A stretch of DNA of 64,000 bases from Asticcacaulis sp. GTDB taxonomy: Bacteria > Pseudomonadota > Alphaproteobacteria > Caulobacterales > Caulobacteraceae. Under the pieces are notes generated by a model. That model was given only the letters and a program-made list of their open reading frames with translations. It made no database searches and was not told where the DNA came from. A program made the translations under genes and the position numbers. The stretch covers positions 2,284-66,283 of the forward strand of contig NZ_JAIXSV010000133.1 in assembly GCF_027484505.1 (NCBI RefSeq), in the 5' to 3' direction. Positions 1 to 9,172 of the stretch are shown in pieces (position 1 is the first letter of the stretch; every line of letters begins with the position of its first letter).

Positions 1-737
1 GCATCGACATCGTTGCGCGGGAACAGGCTGATGACGTTCGGGCGGCCGTCCACGGGGTTGCGCATCATGGCGCGCACGGCTTCGCGGTTATCAACGGGCT
101 CACCCATCGGGCCGTACTGATCGTCATACAGGCGACCCAGCGTGCGAAACCCATCCGCCCCCAGTTGCGCCTGAATATAGATGACGCGATCACGCACCTT
201 GTCGCGCTCGGAATTGTCCATGCGCGCCAGAAGCGTCTCCAGCTTGCGATAGGCGACGGAGCGTTCCACCGCGCGGCACTTGTCAAAGCGCGAGGCCATC
301 TGACCGTTTTTGAGCGTGCGGTTGATCGGCGCGAAGCCTTCGGGGTTGGTCAGGGCCATGACCAGCCACACCGACGCCTCGGTCGGGTCTTCGAGATTCT
401 TGTCCGTCGCGCGTTCCGCCATATAGCGGCTGGCCAGTTCAAGCTGCGAGAAAAAGTCGTTGGCAAAGGCGTGCTTGCGGAAATAGCGAACCGCCCGCTC
501 CTGCTCATTGAAGCCGGCCCCGCCATTATCGGCCATGGGCGGGCGCGGACAGCCACTGACGCCGCGCGGCCCATCACCACCACCGCCCAGCCAGTCCACT
601 GATACGTCACAGGCCGTCAAGGGCAGGCTGAGCGCCGCCGTCAGCATTACCGCCGCCGCAGCGCGGAAGGGCACACGGTTCATCAGCTTCCGGCCGGTAC
701 GACGGGCGGTCTTATCACCGGCGCCGTTGCACCTCAT
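1..737 (-). CDS. Predicted lipoprotein of unknown function, runs off the window edge (start ATG 737 or 683)
   Basis: Manual translation MNRVPFRAAAAVMLTAALSLPLTACDVSVDW... stays open to base 1; lipobox-like LTAC; absent from the ORF track because no stop falls in the window. Confidence 0.7.
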   Translation of the reverse strand, partial: MRCNGAGDKTARRTGRKLMNRVPFRAAAAVMLTAALSLPLTACDVSVDWLGGGGDGPRGVSGCPRPPMADNGGAGFNEQERAVRYFRKHAFANDFFSQLELASRYMAERATDKNLEDPTEASVWLVMALTNPEGFAPINRTLKNGQMASRFDKCRAVERSVAYRKLETLLARMDNSERDKVRDRVIYIQAQLGADGFRTLGRLYDDQYGPMGEPVDNREAVRAMMRNPVDGRPNVISLFPRNDVD

Positions 738-789
738 GTCTTCGCTAATTGACATCACGCATCGCCCCGACAGAAATGCCGGCAAAATT

Positions 790-797
790 ATGGTTAA
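790..797 (-). promoter_or_regulatory. Possible CtrA half-site TTAACCAT
   Basis: Exact TTAACCAT on the minus strand upstream of the lipoprotein start. Confidence 0.35.
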
Positions 798-1103
798 CAA
801 ATCTTGTGTTAGGGATCGTGCGACCTGTCAAGCGCCCCCATCCGGTCCATTTGCGATACCGGCAAAGCGTTGCCGGATTGTCGCGGACCCTGACGAAACT
901 CAGATGGAAAAACCCAGCCCCTGAGCGGTACGTCAACCCCCGTATAACGCCCTTATGATAGCGTTAATTTCCGCGCCTTGGCCAGAGAAAAGTGTTAAGA
1001 GCCGCCCATTCCGGGACACTTTTCCCTGCCCCGGAGTCAAAATCCACATCCGCCCTTTATGATTTCGCCCCTCAGGCGAAAAATCACCCCGCACAGGTCC
1101 GCC

Positions 1104-1592
1104 ATGCTTACCGCGTCACAGAAACAAGAAATCTATCAGTCGCTTAAAAAAGAGATTCTGTCGGTGCTCGATTCTGAGCCCAATCGGGTGGCGCGCATGG
1201 CGACCGTGGCCTGTCTGGGCGCTCAGGCCTTTGAGACCTGGTTCTGGACCGGCTTCTATGTCGTCGACGAAACCAAAAAGGCGCAGGGCATAGATGAGCT
1301 GGTGGTCGGCCCCTATCAGGGCACGCTCGGCTGCCTGCGCATTGATTTCAGGCGCGGTGTGTGCGGCGCGGCGGCGCGTGAGCGCCAAACGCAGGTGGTC
1401 GAGGACGTGCACGCCTTTCCGGGGCATATTGCCTGCGACTCCCGCTCCAACTCCGAAATCGTCGTGCCGGTGTTCGACGCCACAGGCGAGCTGATTGCCG
1501 TGTTCGACGTCGATTCGGAAAGCTACGGCGCGTTTGACGACACCGACCGCGTGGCACTCGAAGACCTGATGCAGGCGGTTTTCGGGGTTTAA
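1104..1592 (+). CDS. msrC: GAF-domain free methionine-R-sulfoxide reductase (fRMsr/YebR family)
   Basis: WTGFY, GPYQGTLGC, GVCG and HIACDSRSNSEIVVP motifs with three conserved Cys. Confidence 0.85.
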   Translation: MLTASQKQEIYQSLKKEILSVLDSEPNRVARMATVACLGAQAFETWFWTGFYVVDETKKAQGIDELVVGPYQGTLGCLRIDFRRGVCGAAARERQTQVVEDVHAFPGHIACDSRSNSEIVVPVFDATGELIAVFDVDSESYGAFDDTDRVALEDLMQAVFGV

Positions 1593-1704
1593 CTCTAACC
1601 CACCGCCGCGGCCCTGAACCCTATTTTCAGGTTGTGATTTTGCCCCCCCTCGGCTAAACCCGCCGCACCATTCCATACATGTGAAACAAAGGGTGCCTCC
1701 TCGC

Positions 1705-3372
1705 ATGGCGCAACAATATATTTTCCAGATGCAGGGCCTGACCAAGCATTACCCCGGCGGTAAGAAGGTCTTTGAAAACATCTGGCTCAGCTTCTATTCG
1801 GACGCCAAGATCGGCGTCGTCGGCGTCAACGGTTCGGGTAAGTCCACCCTGCTGAAGATCATGGCCGGCATCGACAAGGAATTTTCGGGCGAGGCGCGCG
1901 CCGCCGAAGGCACCAAGATGGGCTATCTGGAGCAGGAGCCTAAGCTCGACGACTCCAAAACCGTCTGGGAAAACGTCATCGACTGGTGCGAAGAAAAGAA
2001 GATCGTCGATCGCTTCAACGAAGTCGCCGCCCTGATGGGCGAAGAATATAGCGACGAGCTGATGGAGGAGATGAACGCCCTTCAGGAAAAGATCGACGCC
2101 GGTGACCTGTGGGACATCGACAGCCGCATCGAAATGGCCATGGACGCCCTGCGCTGCCCGCCGAACGAGTCCGGCGTGACCAGGCTGTCAGGCGGTGAAA
2201 AGCGCCGCGTGGCGCTGGCTCGCTTGCTGCTCTCCAAGCCCGACATGCTGCTGCTTGACGAACCGACCAACCACCTCGATGCGGAATCGGTCGCCTGGCT
2301 TCAGCACCACCTCGAAAACTTCCCCGGCTGCGTCATTCTCGTCACCCACGACCGTTACTTCCTCGATCAGGTCACCAAGTGGACGCTGGAACTCGACCGC
2401 GGCAAGGGCGTGCCCTATGAAGGCAACTATTCCGGCTGGCTGGAGCAGAAGCAAAAGCGCGTCGTGCAGGAGCAGTCCGAATCCGAAGCCCGTCAGCGCG
2501 CGCTCACCCGCGAACTGGACTGGGTGCGTTCCGGCGCCAAGGCCCGTCAGGCCAAGTCGAAGGCCCGCTTGGCCGCCTATGAGCGCATGGTCGAGGAACA
2601 GGAACATTCGACCAAGGCCCAGACCTACGCCACCATCCAGATCCCGCCCGGCCCGCGCCTCGGCAACGTGGTCATCGAGGTCAATGGCCTCGAAAAGGAA
2701 TTCGGCGATAAGGTGCTGTTCAAAGACCTGAGCTTCAAACTGCCGCCCAACGGCATTGTCGGCGTCATCGGCCCGAACGGCGCCGGTAAATCCACCCTAT
2801 TCAAGCTGATCACCGGTCAGGAAAAGCCCGACGCCGGCACGATCAAGCTGGGTGAAACCGTCAAGCTCGCCTATGTCGATCAGTCGCGCGACGACCTCAA
2901 CCCCGATCACAATGTCTGGCAGGCCATTTCCGGCGGCACCGACGTGATGATCGTTGGCAAGCGCGAAATCAATTCGCGCGCCTATGTCGGCGGCTTCAAC
3001 TTCAAGGGCGGCGATCAGCAAAAGAAGGTCGGCCTGCTGTCCGGCGGTGAGCGCAACCGCGTCCACCTCGCCAAGACGCTGGCGTCCGGCGGTAACGTCA
3101 TCCTGCTCGACGAACCGACCAACGACCTCGATATCGAAACGCTTCAGGCCCTCGAAGAGGCGCTGGAAGATTTCGCAGGCTGCGCCGTGGTCATCAGCCA
3201 CGACCGCTGGTTCCTCGACCGTCTGGCCACCCACATCCTCGCCTTCGAAGGCGACAGCCACGTGGAATGGTTCGAAGGCAACTTCGAAATGTACGAAGAA
3301 GACAAGAAGCGCCGCCTGGGCACCGACAGCCTGATCCCCAAGCGCATCAAGTTCCAGAAGTTCGCCAGATAA
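1705..3372 (+). CDS. ettA: Energy-dependent translational throttle ABC-F protein EttA
   Basis: MAQQYIFQM start, two ABC domains ([23 protein letters not shown] twice), inter-ABC linker [20 protein letters not shown]. Confidence 0.95.
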   Translation: MAQQYIFQMQGLTKHYPGGKKVFENIWLSFYSDAKIGVVGVNGSGKSTLLKIMAGIDKEFSGEARAAEGTKMGYLEQEPKLDDSKTVWENVIDWCEEKKIVDRFNEVAALMGEEYSDELMEEMNALQEKIDAGDLWDIDSRIEMAMDALRCPPNESGVTRLSGGEKRRVALARLLLSKPDMLLLDEPTNHLDAESVAWLQHHLENFPGCVILVTHDRYFLDQVTKWTLELDRGKGVPYEGNYSGWLEQKQKRVVQEQSESEARQRALTRELDWVRSGAKARQAKSKARLAAYERMVEEQEHSTKAQTYATIQIPPGPRLGNVVIEVNGLEKEFGDKVLFKDLSFKLPPNGIVGVIGPNGAGKSTLFKLITGQEKPDAGTIKLGETVKLAYVDQSRDDLNPDHNVWQAISGGTDVMIVGKREINSRAYVGGFNFKGGDQQKKVGLLSGGERNRVHLAKTLASGGNVILLDEPTNDLDIETLQALEEALEDFAGCAVVISHDRWFLDRLATHILAFEGDSHVEWFEGNFEMYEEDKKRRLGTDSLIPKRIKFQKFAR

Positions 3373-3430
3373 GCGGGAAGTTAAAGAATGCAGGGGCAGC
3401 CGCCCCTGCACCCTTGAGTTGGAACAGAAT

Positions 3431-3470
3431 AAACCGCCGGAGTGTCAAACTCCGGCGGTTTTGTTTTGTC
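3431..3470 (+). terminator. Intrinsic terminator after ettA
   Basis: aaaccgccggag-tgtcaaa-ctccggcggttt followed by a T-rich run. Confidence 0.8.
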
Positions 3471-3506
3471 GTTAAATAGATATGATTAGCGTTAATCAAT
3501 GTATCG

Positions 3507-3535
3507 CTATAGCGCTCCCCTGATTTTAGGGAAGG
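3507..3535. repeat. Degenerate half-copy of palindromic repeat family A
   Basis: tatagcgctcccctgattttagggaagg closely matches the reverse complement of 10861-10889. Confidence 0.6.
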
Positions 3536-3603
3536 TGATTGCATGAATAATCCGTTTAACATCACCCCGTTATAGTGACTTTAGGAAACCAAATGAGGGT
3601 TGC

Positions 3604-4128
3604 GTGGAAAGTATAAAAATCATCGGGTTTTCAGTGTTTGCGGCTGTGAGCTACGGCATACTGCATGACATGGTAACGGCGCATTTGTGTGTGGAGTATT
3701 TCACGATAGCGCACCCTCCAATCTTTGCGACCCAGTCTCCATTTCTACTGGCCCTCGGCTGGGGCATAATCGCTACGTGGTGGGTAGGCTTACCACTTGG
3801 TATTCTTTTAGCGGCTTGTGGACGCTTAGGTCCAAAAAACAAACTGTCATTTATTCAACTTCTCAGGCCAATTCTGATTCTGATGAGCGTCAGTGCTGTC
3901 GCCGCTCTTGTTGCTGGCCTGTCCGGGGCGGCACTCGTCTTGACTGCAATGGGTAACATCCCTGAACCTTGGGGGGAAATTATCCCTTCAAACAAACATA
4001 TAACGTTCAACGCAGCGTACTGGGCGCATTCGACAAGCTATTTGTTCGGGTTCGCGGGTGGGTTAACGGTGCTCGCCTTCACCTTCTATCGACGGTTCAA
4101 CCCACCAATTACTGCGCCTAAAGCCTAA
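3604..4128 (+). CDS. Hypothetical multi-pass membrane protein in an AT-richer gene
   Basis: 174-aa ORF with several hydrophobic segments (YGILHDMVTAHLCVEYFT...WGIIATWWVG); visibly lower GC than its flanks. Confidence 0.7.
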   Translation: MESIKIIGFSVFAAVSYGILHDMVTAHLCVEYFTIAHPPIFATQSPFLLALGWGIIATWWVGLPLGILLAACGRLGPKNKLSFIQLLRPILILMSVSAVAALVAGLSGAALVLTAMGNIPEPWGEIIPSNKHITFNAAYWAHSTSYLFGFAGGLTVLAFTFYRRFNPPITAPKA

Positions 4129-4931
4129 GCCAGCATATTGCGCTTGTGCTTGGCCAGCTTGCCCTTGGTCGGGCGTGGCGCGGGTGGCGGCAGATCATCC
4201 GGGCCCAGCGGCGTCGTTTCCGCGACAGTGACCACGACCAGTTCTTCCGGCTGGCTCGTCTTCGCCTTTTTCTTTTCCGGTCTGGGTGTCTTCGGCGCAG
4301 GCGCGCCACCCCACGGATTTCGCGGGTCGATCAGGCCCCGGCTATGGAAGAAGGCCGAGCTTACGCTGTTGCGCCCCAGTTCGGCCTGCGCCCCTTCGAG
4401 CAGGTTGAGGATATGCGCCTCATCCTTCCACGCCTCGTGGAAGTCCTGTAAGGCGCGCCACACGGCCACCCGGTGTTCGTCCGTGGTCATATCGACCTTG
4501 ACCTTGGCCGGTGCGTCTTTCTTGGGATTTTCTGGATCGGGCTCCGGCTCGGACAGGGCCTTTTTGAGGTCGTCGAACGGCTTGCCCGTCTTGTCTTTCA
4601 GCGCCAGCAGCGTCCCCAGCTTCGCCTCGATCACCGCCGACAGTTCGCGCGCCCGCTCAAGCTGCAAGGCCCCCGACGCGCTGACCGCCAGATGCAGGCT
4701 GTAGCGCACACTGTCGTAGATCGCCCTGGCCGAGGCGCGATAACGCGCCTGTTGCCCGGCCTTTGATAACTGCCCCGACAGCCATACGGTCAGGGCAAAC
4801 ACCACCACACCCGCGATCAGAAAGCCCAGCAGAAGCATCAGCGTATGACCGTCGAGCACGATGGTCGCCACCGCGCGCGGGCCTTCCCCGAAGGGATCGC
4901 CGAAATCCTCAGGCGCGTCCGAATATCTCAT
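4125..4931 (-). CDS. Hypothetical single-pass membrane protein, paralog 2
   Basis: ATG at 4931 overlaps the upstream TGA (ATGA); N-terminal TM segment; VWRALQDFHEAWKD motif. Confidence 0.75.
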   Translation of the reverse strand: MRYSDAPEDFGDPFGEGPRAVATIVLDGHTLMLLLGFLIAGVVVFALTVWLSGQLSKAGQQARYRASARAIYDSVRYSLHLAVSASGALQLERARELSAVIEAKLGTLLALKDKTGKPFDDLKKALSEPEPDPENPKKDAPAKVKVDMTTDEHRVAVWRALQDFHEAWKDEAHILNLLEGAQAELGRNSVSSAFFHSRGLIDPRNPWGGAPAPKTPRPEKKKAKTSQPEELVVVTVAETTPLGPDDLPPPAPRPTKGKLAKHKRNMLA

Positions 4932-5704
4932 CTCTGCCACCTCGGACGGGTCGCTTCGGCACCGGGCTCACCTCCCCCATAAAGGGTGCGCGGGTCGCGC
5001 CATTCCGCCGTCGTCAGTTGCCGGAACACCGCCGCATAGTGTTCGCGCATCAGGCCGAGGTCCCGCCACGGCGCGGCCAGCTTTTGCAGGGCCAGCCACA
5101 CCTTGGTCGTGGTATCAAAGCCCGGCTTGGCGGCCTTTGTCTCTTCGGCCTTGGGCAGGCCCACAACCTCACCACCGACCGCGGCTACCGCTCCGGGTGC
5201 CGCTGTCGCCCCCGGTTCCGCCACACCCGGCTGACCATTATTGACAGCAATATTGATGACCGTGCCGCCCGACATGCCACTCACGCCCCCCTTGGCCGCC
5301 TCCGGCTTCTTGTCCGGCTCGACCTCCTTGACGGCGCTGTTGGCCTTGTTCAGCGCTGCGTGGTGCTTGCCGATAAGGTCCATCAGCTCGCTCGTATGGC
5401 CGAAAACGTCCTGATTGGCGTCGATAGCGGCGTGCGATTTGTCGCGCACATCGGCCGCTGAACCGCGCACGGCGTCACCGATCACCGCCCCCAGCGCATC
5501 GACATTGCGATTGAGTGCCGGCGGCAACCCTGTCCGGCGACGGGCCCCGACGATCAGGCCCGCAATGAGCATCAGCACGCAGAAGGCAATGCCGATCATC
5601 CACAGCAGGCCGCCGCTATACCACAGGCGCACCAGCGTGTCCCACAGGCTGGGGTCATAAAAGCCGTCCGGCGGCGTGGCGTAATCGTCCCCGGTGTAGC
5701 GCAT
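4928..5704 (-). CDS. Hypothetical single-pass membrane protein, paralog 1
   Basis: 258-aa ORF with N-terminal TM segment; VWLALQKLAAPWRD motif shared with the downstream ORF. Confidence 0.75.
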   Translation of the reverse strand: MRYTGDDYATPPDGFYDPSLWDTLVRLWYSGGLLWMIGIAFCVLMLIAGLIVGARRRTGLPPALNRNVDALGAVIGDAVRGSAADVRDKSHAAIDANQDVFGHTSELMDLIGKHHAALNKANSAVKEVEPDKKPEAAKGGVSGMSGGTVINIAVNNGQPGVAEPGATAAPGAVAAVGGEVVGLPKAEETKAAKPGFDTTTKVWLALQKLAAPWRDLGLMREHYAAVFRQLTTAEWRDPRTLYGGGEPGAEATRPRWQR

Positions 5705-5804
5705 GAACCCTGAAAACCTCCCCCAAAGTGGTTAACGTGCCAAAGGGTTAACAGATTGCCACGCTTTGCACCAGCGGGGTAGATCGAATTCACGATGTCG
5801 CTGC

Positions 5805-5836
5805 AAAAAGGGCTCACCCCCGAAAGGATGAGCCCT
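5805..5836 (-). terminator. Intrinsic terminator, probably for the MarR transcript
   Basis: Minus strand agggctca...tgagccct followed by TTTTT. Confidence 0.7.
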
Positions 5837-5921
5837 GTGCATTCGTCATGAAGCGGAATGATTTTGATGGAATCGTTCGGCTTTAGGCTGCGGTGACGAT
5901 TTAAGATTTAATCCGGTTCTT

Positions 5922-6047
5922 TTCTCCTCCCCACTCCGTGGGGAGGTGGCAGCGAGCGAAGCGACGCTGACGGAGGGGTATTACCGTCCGTAAGATACCC
6001 CTCCGCCTCGTAAACTCGGCACCTCCCCATAATATGGGGAGGAGGAA
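5922..6047. repeat. Palindromic intergenic repeat, family A copy 1
   Basis: CCTCCCC-loop-GGGGAGGTGG, hairpin, GACGGAGGGG, spacer, CCCCTCC, hairpin, CACCTCCCC-loop-GGGGAGG. Confidence 0.85.
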
Positions 6048-6076
6048 GATGGCAACCGTTAATGCGTCGCCTTAGC

Positions 6077-6538
6077 TTAGCGCGCGCTGCGGCCCTGAGT
6101 CTTAGTGGCGGCGTCTTCGATGCGGCGCAACAGGTCCTTCATCAGTTCGATCTCTTCGACGCTGAGATTGGCCAGCACTTCCTTTTCAAACTCCACCGCC
6201 GACGGGGCGACGTCGTTGAACAGGCGCTGACCTTCCGGCGTCAGGATGAGGTGGTGCGAACGGCCATCGTGTTCGTGCGGCGCGCGGGTGATCAGGCGGC
6301 GCTTGGCCAGGGCCTGAGCGGCGCGCGAAATGGTCACCTTGTCCATGCCGGTGCGCTTGACCAGCGCCTGCTGGGTCGAGGGGCCGTCTTCATTCAGTAC
6401 CCAGATCAACCGCCATTCGGGAATCTTCAGACCATAGAGACTGTCATAGGCCGTCGAAATCAGCCCCGATACCGCGTTGGAGGCCACAGACAGGCGATAA
6501 GGCAGGTAATTATCGAGCGACAGCTTGCTATAGGGCAT
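6077..6538 (-). CDS. MarR-family transcriptional regulator
   Basis: LDNYLPYRLSV, IPEWRLI, MDKVTISRA, DGRSHHLILT winged-helix motifs. Confidence 0.9.
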   Translation of the reverse strand: MPYSKLSLDNYLPYRLSVASNAVSGLISTAYDSLYGLKIPEWRLIWVLNEDGPSTQQALVKRTGMDKVTISRAAQALAKRRLITRAPHEHDGRSHHLILTPEGQRLFNDVAPSAVEFEKEVLANLSVEEIELMKDLLRRIEDAATKTQGRSAR

Positions 6539-6774
6539 CGGACATCCTCTCAAAAGGTAACTCTGCTATTGCCGTTTTAATGTCATAAATACAAATGAGA
6601 ATTTTTTAATTCGTCATAAACCCCGACTAATGCGCGGCGGCCTTGTTTTCGACACGGTAGCGGCGCAGGGAGCACGCTCTTTATTTATTTCGCGCCGCAA
6701 CAGGGTGTGAGGCGACAAGCCCCGTGCAAGCTGTTATGGCGGCAGAAATATCTTTTTAGTTACGGATTTATCCC

Positions 6775-7353
6775 TTGCTGCGCCCGCTGTACGACTGGAC
6801 CCTGAAACAGGCGGCCCGTCCCAATGCTGAAAAAGTTCTGGCCGCGATTTCGTTTGCCGAAAGCTCTTTCTTCCCCATTCCGCCCGACGTGATGCTGGCC
6901 CCTATGGCGCTGGCCAAGCCGGAAAAGGCCTATCGTCTGGCCTTTATCTGTACCGTGGCGTCTGTGCTGGGGGGGCTATTCGGCTATGCGATTGGCTATT
7001 ATCTGGCCGACATCGGGCTCAAGATTCTAGGGTTGTTCGGCTATTCGGGCAATCTCAACAGCTTTCACGCCATTATTCAGGAATGGGGGGCGTGGGCCAT
7101 CCTGATCAAGGGCCTGACGCCTATTCCGTTCAAGCTGGTGACCATTGCGTCGGGCATGGGTCAGCTCAATCTGGCGATTTTCTTCATCTGCTGCGTCATC
7201 ACCCGCGGCGCGCGGTTTTATCTGACGGCCTTCCTGCTCAAGCGTTTTGGCCCGCAGGCGCGCGAACTGATCGAAAAGCGTATCAATCTGGTGGCGATCG
7301 TCGGGGTGGCCGTGATCGTGCTGGGGATCGTCGCCGTCAAATTCATGCATTAG
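6775..7353 (+). CDS. YqaA/DedA-family (VTT domain) membrane protein
   Basis: ISFAESSFFPIPPD and TPIPFKL motifs; TTG start. Confidence 0.85.
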   Translation: MLRPLYDWTLKQAARPNAEKVLAAISFAESSFFPIPPDVMLAPMALAKPEKAYRLAFICTVASVLGGLFGYAIGYYLADIGLKILGLFGYSGNLNSFHAIIQEWGAWAILIKGLTPIPFKLVTIASGMGQLNLAIFFICCVITRGARFYLTAFLLKRFGPQARELIEKRINLVAIVGVAVIVLGIVAVKFMH

Positions 7354-7487
7354 ATCATTATGGTTTCTGGTAGAAACATAATGATCCAGATTTTGTTAGC
7401 CCCTCGCCGGGCGGTGGCTTGCGTCACCTTGGCCGCCGCCTCAATGGCGGCTTGAGCGGAATGATTATAGAAATCATTCCGCTATAA
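7351..7487. repeat. Two AT-rich hairpins resembling arms of repeat family C
   Basis: gatcattatggtttct/agaaacataatgatc (7353-7386) and perfect 12-bp stem agcggaatgatt/aatcattccgct (7455-7483). Confidence 0.5.
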
Positions 7488-7569
7488 ACCCCTCACACAG
7501 CCGATTGCCCCGGTCGTGCGAAGCATTTAAGGTGCGATGGCTTGGCGTAACCAGAGGTGACCGATTGTG

Positions 7570-8112
7570 ATGAAAGCTGTGCTGTTTTTTAGCCGCTGGT
7601 GGTCGGTCATCGCCCTGATCAGCGCCTTGTGCCTTCTGGGCGCGGCGCACGCCTTTCAGACGTTCGGCAATCTCAATCCCTGCCATCTGTGCCTGAAGCA
7701 GCGCGACATCTACTGGATCGCCGTCGGCGTGTCGCTGGCGGCCACGGTATGGGCGGTGTTTACGGGGGCCAAGGGCCCGCCGCGCGTCTTTTCCTTTGTG
7801 TTGTTTGCTATCTTTGCCACCGGCTGCGCCATCGCCATCTTCCACATGGGCGGCGAAGAAAAGTGGTGGGCTCTGCCGGCCACCTGCACCGGCGTGTCGG
7901 ATGAGGTGTCGATTGATTCCATCGCCGCCATGCTGTCCGGCGGCAAGTTCAAGGCCCCGCAGTGCGACATTGTGGCGTGGCGCTTTCTGGGCCTGAGTAT
8001 GGCAGGGTGGAACGCCATCATTTCCGGCGCGCTGGCGATCCTCAGCCTGATAGCGTCTTTGCGCCTGCAACTCTATTACCGCCTGTCGCAGCGTCAGGCG
8101 AGTGAAGCCTGA
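7570..8112 (+). CDS. dsbB: Disulfide bond formation protein B family
   Basis: PCHLC CxxC, second Cys pair (ATC...QCD), four TM segments, LGLSMAGWN. Confidence 0.85.
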   Translation: MKAVLFFSRWWSVIALISALCLLGAAHAFQTFGNLNPCHLCLKQRDIYWIAVGVSLAATVWAVFTGAKGPPRVFSFVLFAIFATGCAIAIFHMGGEEKWWALPATCTGVSDEVSIDSIAAMLSGGKFKAPQCDIVAWRFLGLSMAGWNAIISGALAILSLIASLRLQLYYRLSQRQASEA

Positions 8113-8123
8113 GAGGCCCGACC

Positions 8124-8693
8124 ATGACCGAAGCCGCGCTCCGTCAAACCCCTCCCAAGCCCGGCGCGGGCGAGCGTCAGCGCCGCCTGCACGAAATCCT
8201 GCGCGTCGATCACGCCGGTGAGCTGGCGGCCGTGCATATCTATCGCGCGCAGGCCGCTGTGTTTGCCGCCACGCCCCACGCGGCCCTCAGCGACGATCTG
8301 AAACGCATGGAGGGCGAGGAGCAGGTGCACCTCGACCGCTTTGAAACTCTGATGCGCGACCATCAGGTGCGCCCGACCGTCATGACACCCGTTTGGCGCA
8401 TGGCGGCGCTGGGGCTGGGGGCCGCGACGGCGCTTTTGGGTGAAAAAGCCGCTCACGCCTGCACCGAAGCGGTCGAAAGCGTCATCTCGGAACACTACGC
8501 TGAACAGATCGCCGAAACCCAGGCCCGCGACCCGGAACTGGCTGCCGAACTGACGCAATTCCGTGACGATGAGCTGCGCCACCACGACCACGCCATAGAA
8601 GAAGGCGCGCACGAAGCCCCCTTCTATCCGTTACTGTCGGCGGTGATCAAAGGCGGCTGCAAGCTGGCCATCCGGATCAGCGAAAAGATATGA
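8124..8693 (+). CDS. coq7: Demethoxyubiquinone hydroxylase (Coq7, di-iron)
   Basis: ILRVDHAGE, EQVH, TEAVESVISEHY and RDDELRH motifs. Confidence 0.9.
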   Translation: MTEAALRQTPPKPGAGERQRRLHEILRVDHAGELAAVHIYRAQAAVFAATPHAALSDDLKRMEGEEQVHLDRFETLMRDHQVRPTVMTPVWRMAALGLGAATALLGEKAAHACTEAVESVISEHYAEQIAETQARDPELAAELTQFRDDELRHHDHAIEEGAHEAPFYPLLSAVIKGGCKLAIRISEKI

Positions 8694-9139
8694 GTCCCGT
8701 CCCGCTGCCGCCGCACCGCGCCGAAGACCTGCGCAATCTGGGGGCCAGGGCAGCCGACGGCATCGCCGCCATCGTCGGATCGTGGCGCTTTATCATCATT
8801 CAGTCGATCCTGCTGTTCGGCTGGATCGCGGTCAACAGCGTGGCGTGGATTCGTGGCTGGGACCCGTATCCGTTTATCCTGCTCAATCTGGTCCTGTCGT
8901 TTCAGGCGGCCTTCACCGCCCCCATCATCATGATGTCGCAAAACCGTCAGGCCGAGGTGGACCGTCAGAAGGCCGACGCCGACTACCACGTCAATATCAA
9001 AGCCGAAGAAGACATCTGCGGTCTGCATGAAAAGGTGGACCTGCTGCGCGAACAGGACGTGGCGCGGCTGATCGGGCTGGTCGAGGTGTTGATCGAGGAT
9101 AACCGTGCACTGCGGGCCGAACTGGCGAAACGGGACTGA
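8690..9139 (+). CDS. DUF1003-family membrane protein
   Basis: GSWRFI...DPYPFILLNLVLSFQAAFTAPIIMMSQNRQ signature. Confidence 0.85.
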   Translation: MSPVPLPPHRAEDLRNLGARAADGIAAIVGSWRFIIIQSILLFGWIAVNSVAWIRGWDPYPFILLNLVLSFQAAFTAPIIMMSQNRQAEVDRQKADADYHVNIKAEEDICGLHEKVDLLREQDVARLIGLVEVLIEDNRALRAELAKRD

Positions 9140-9172
9140 TCGCCGCCCTCGCCGTGCAAGGGCAGCGGTTCA

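Noticed and set aside
5720-5775. Sigma54 promoter for the paralog pair
   Set aside because: TGGCAC is present on the minus strand but there is no TTGC at the -12 position.
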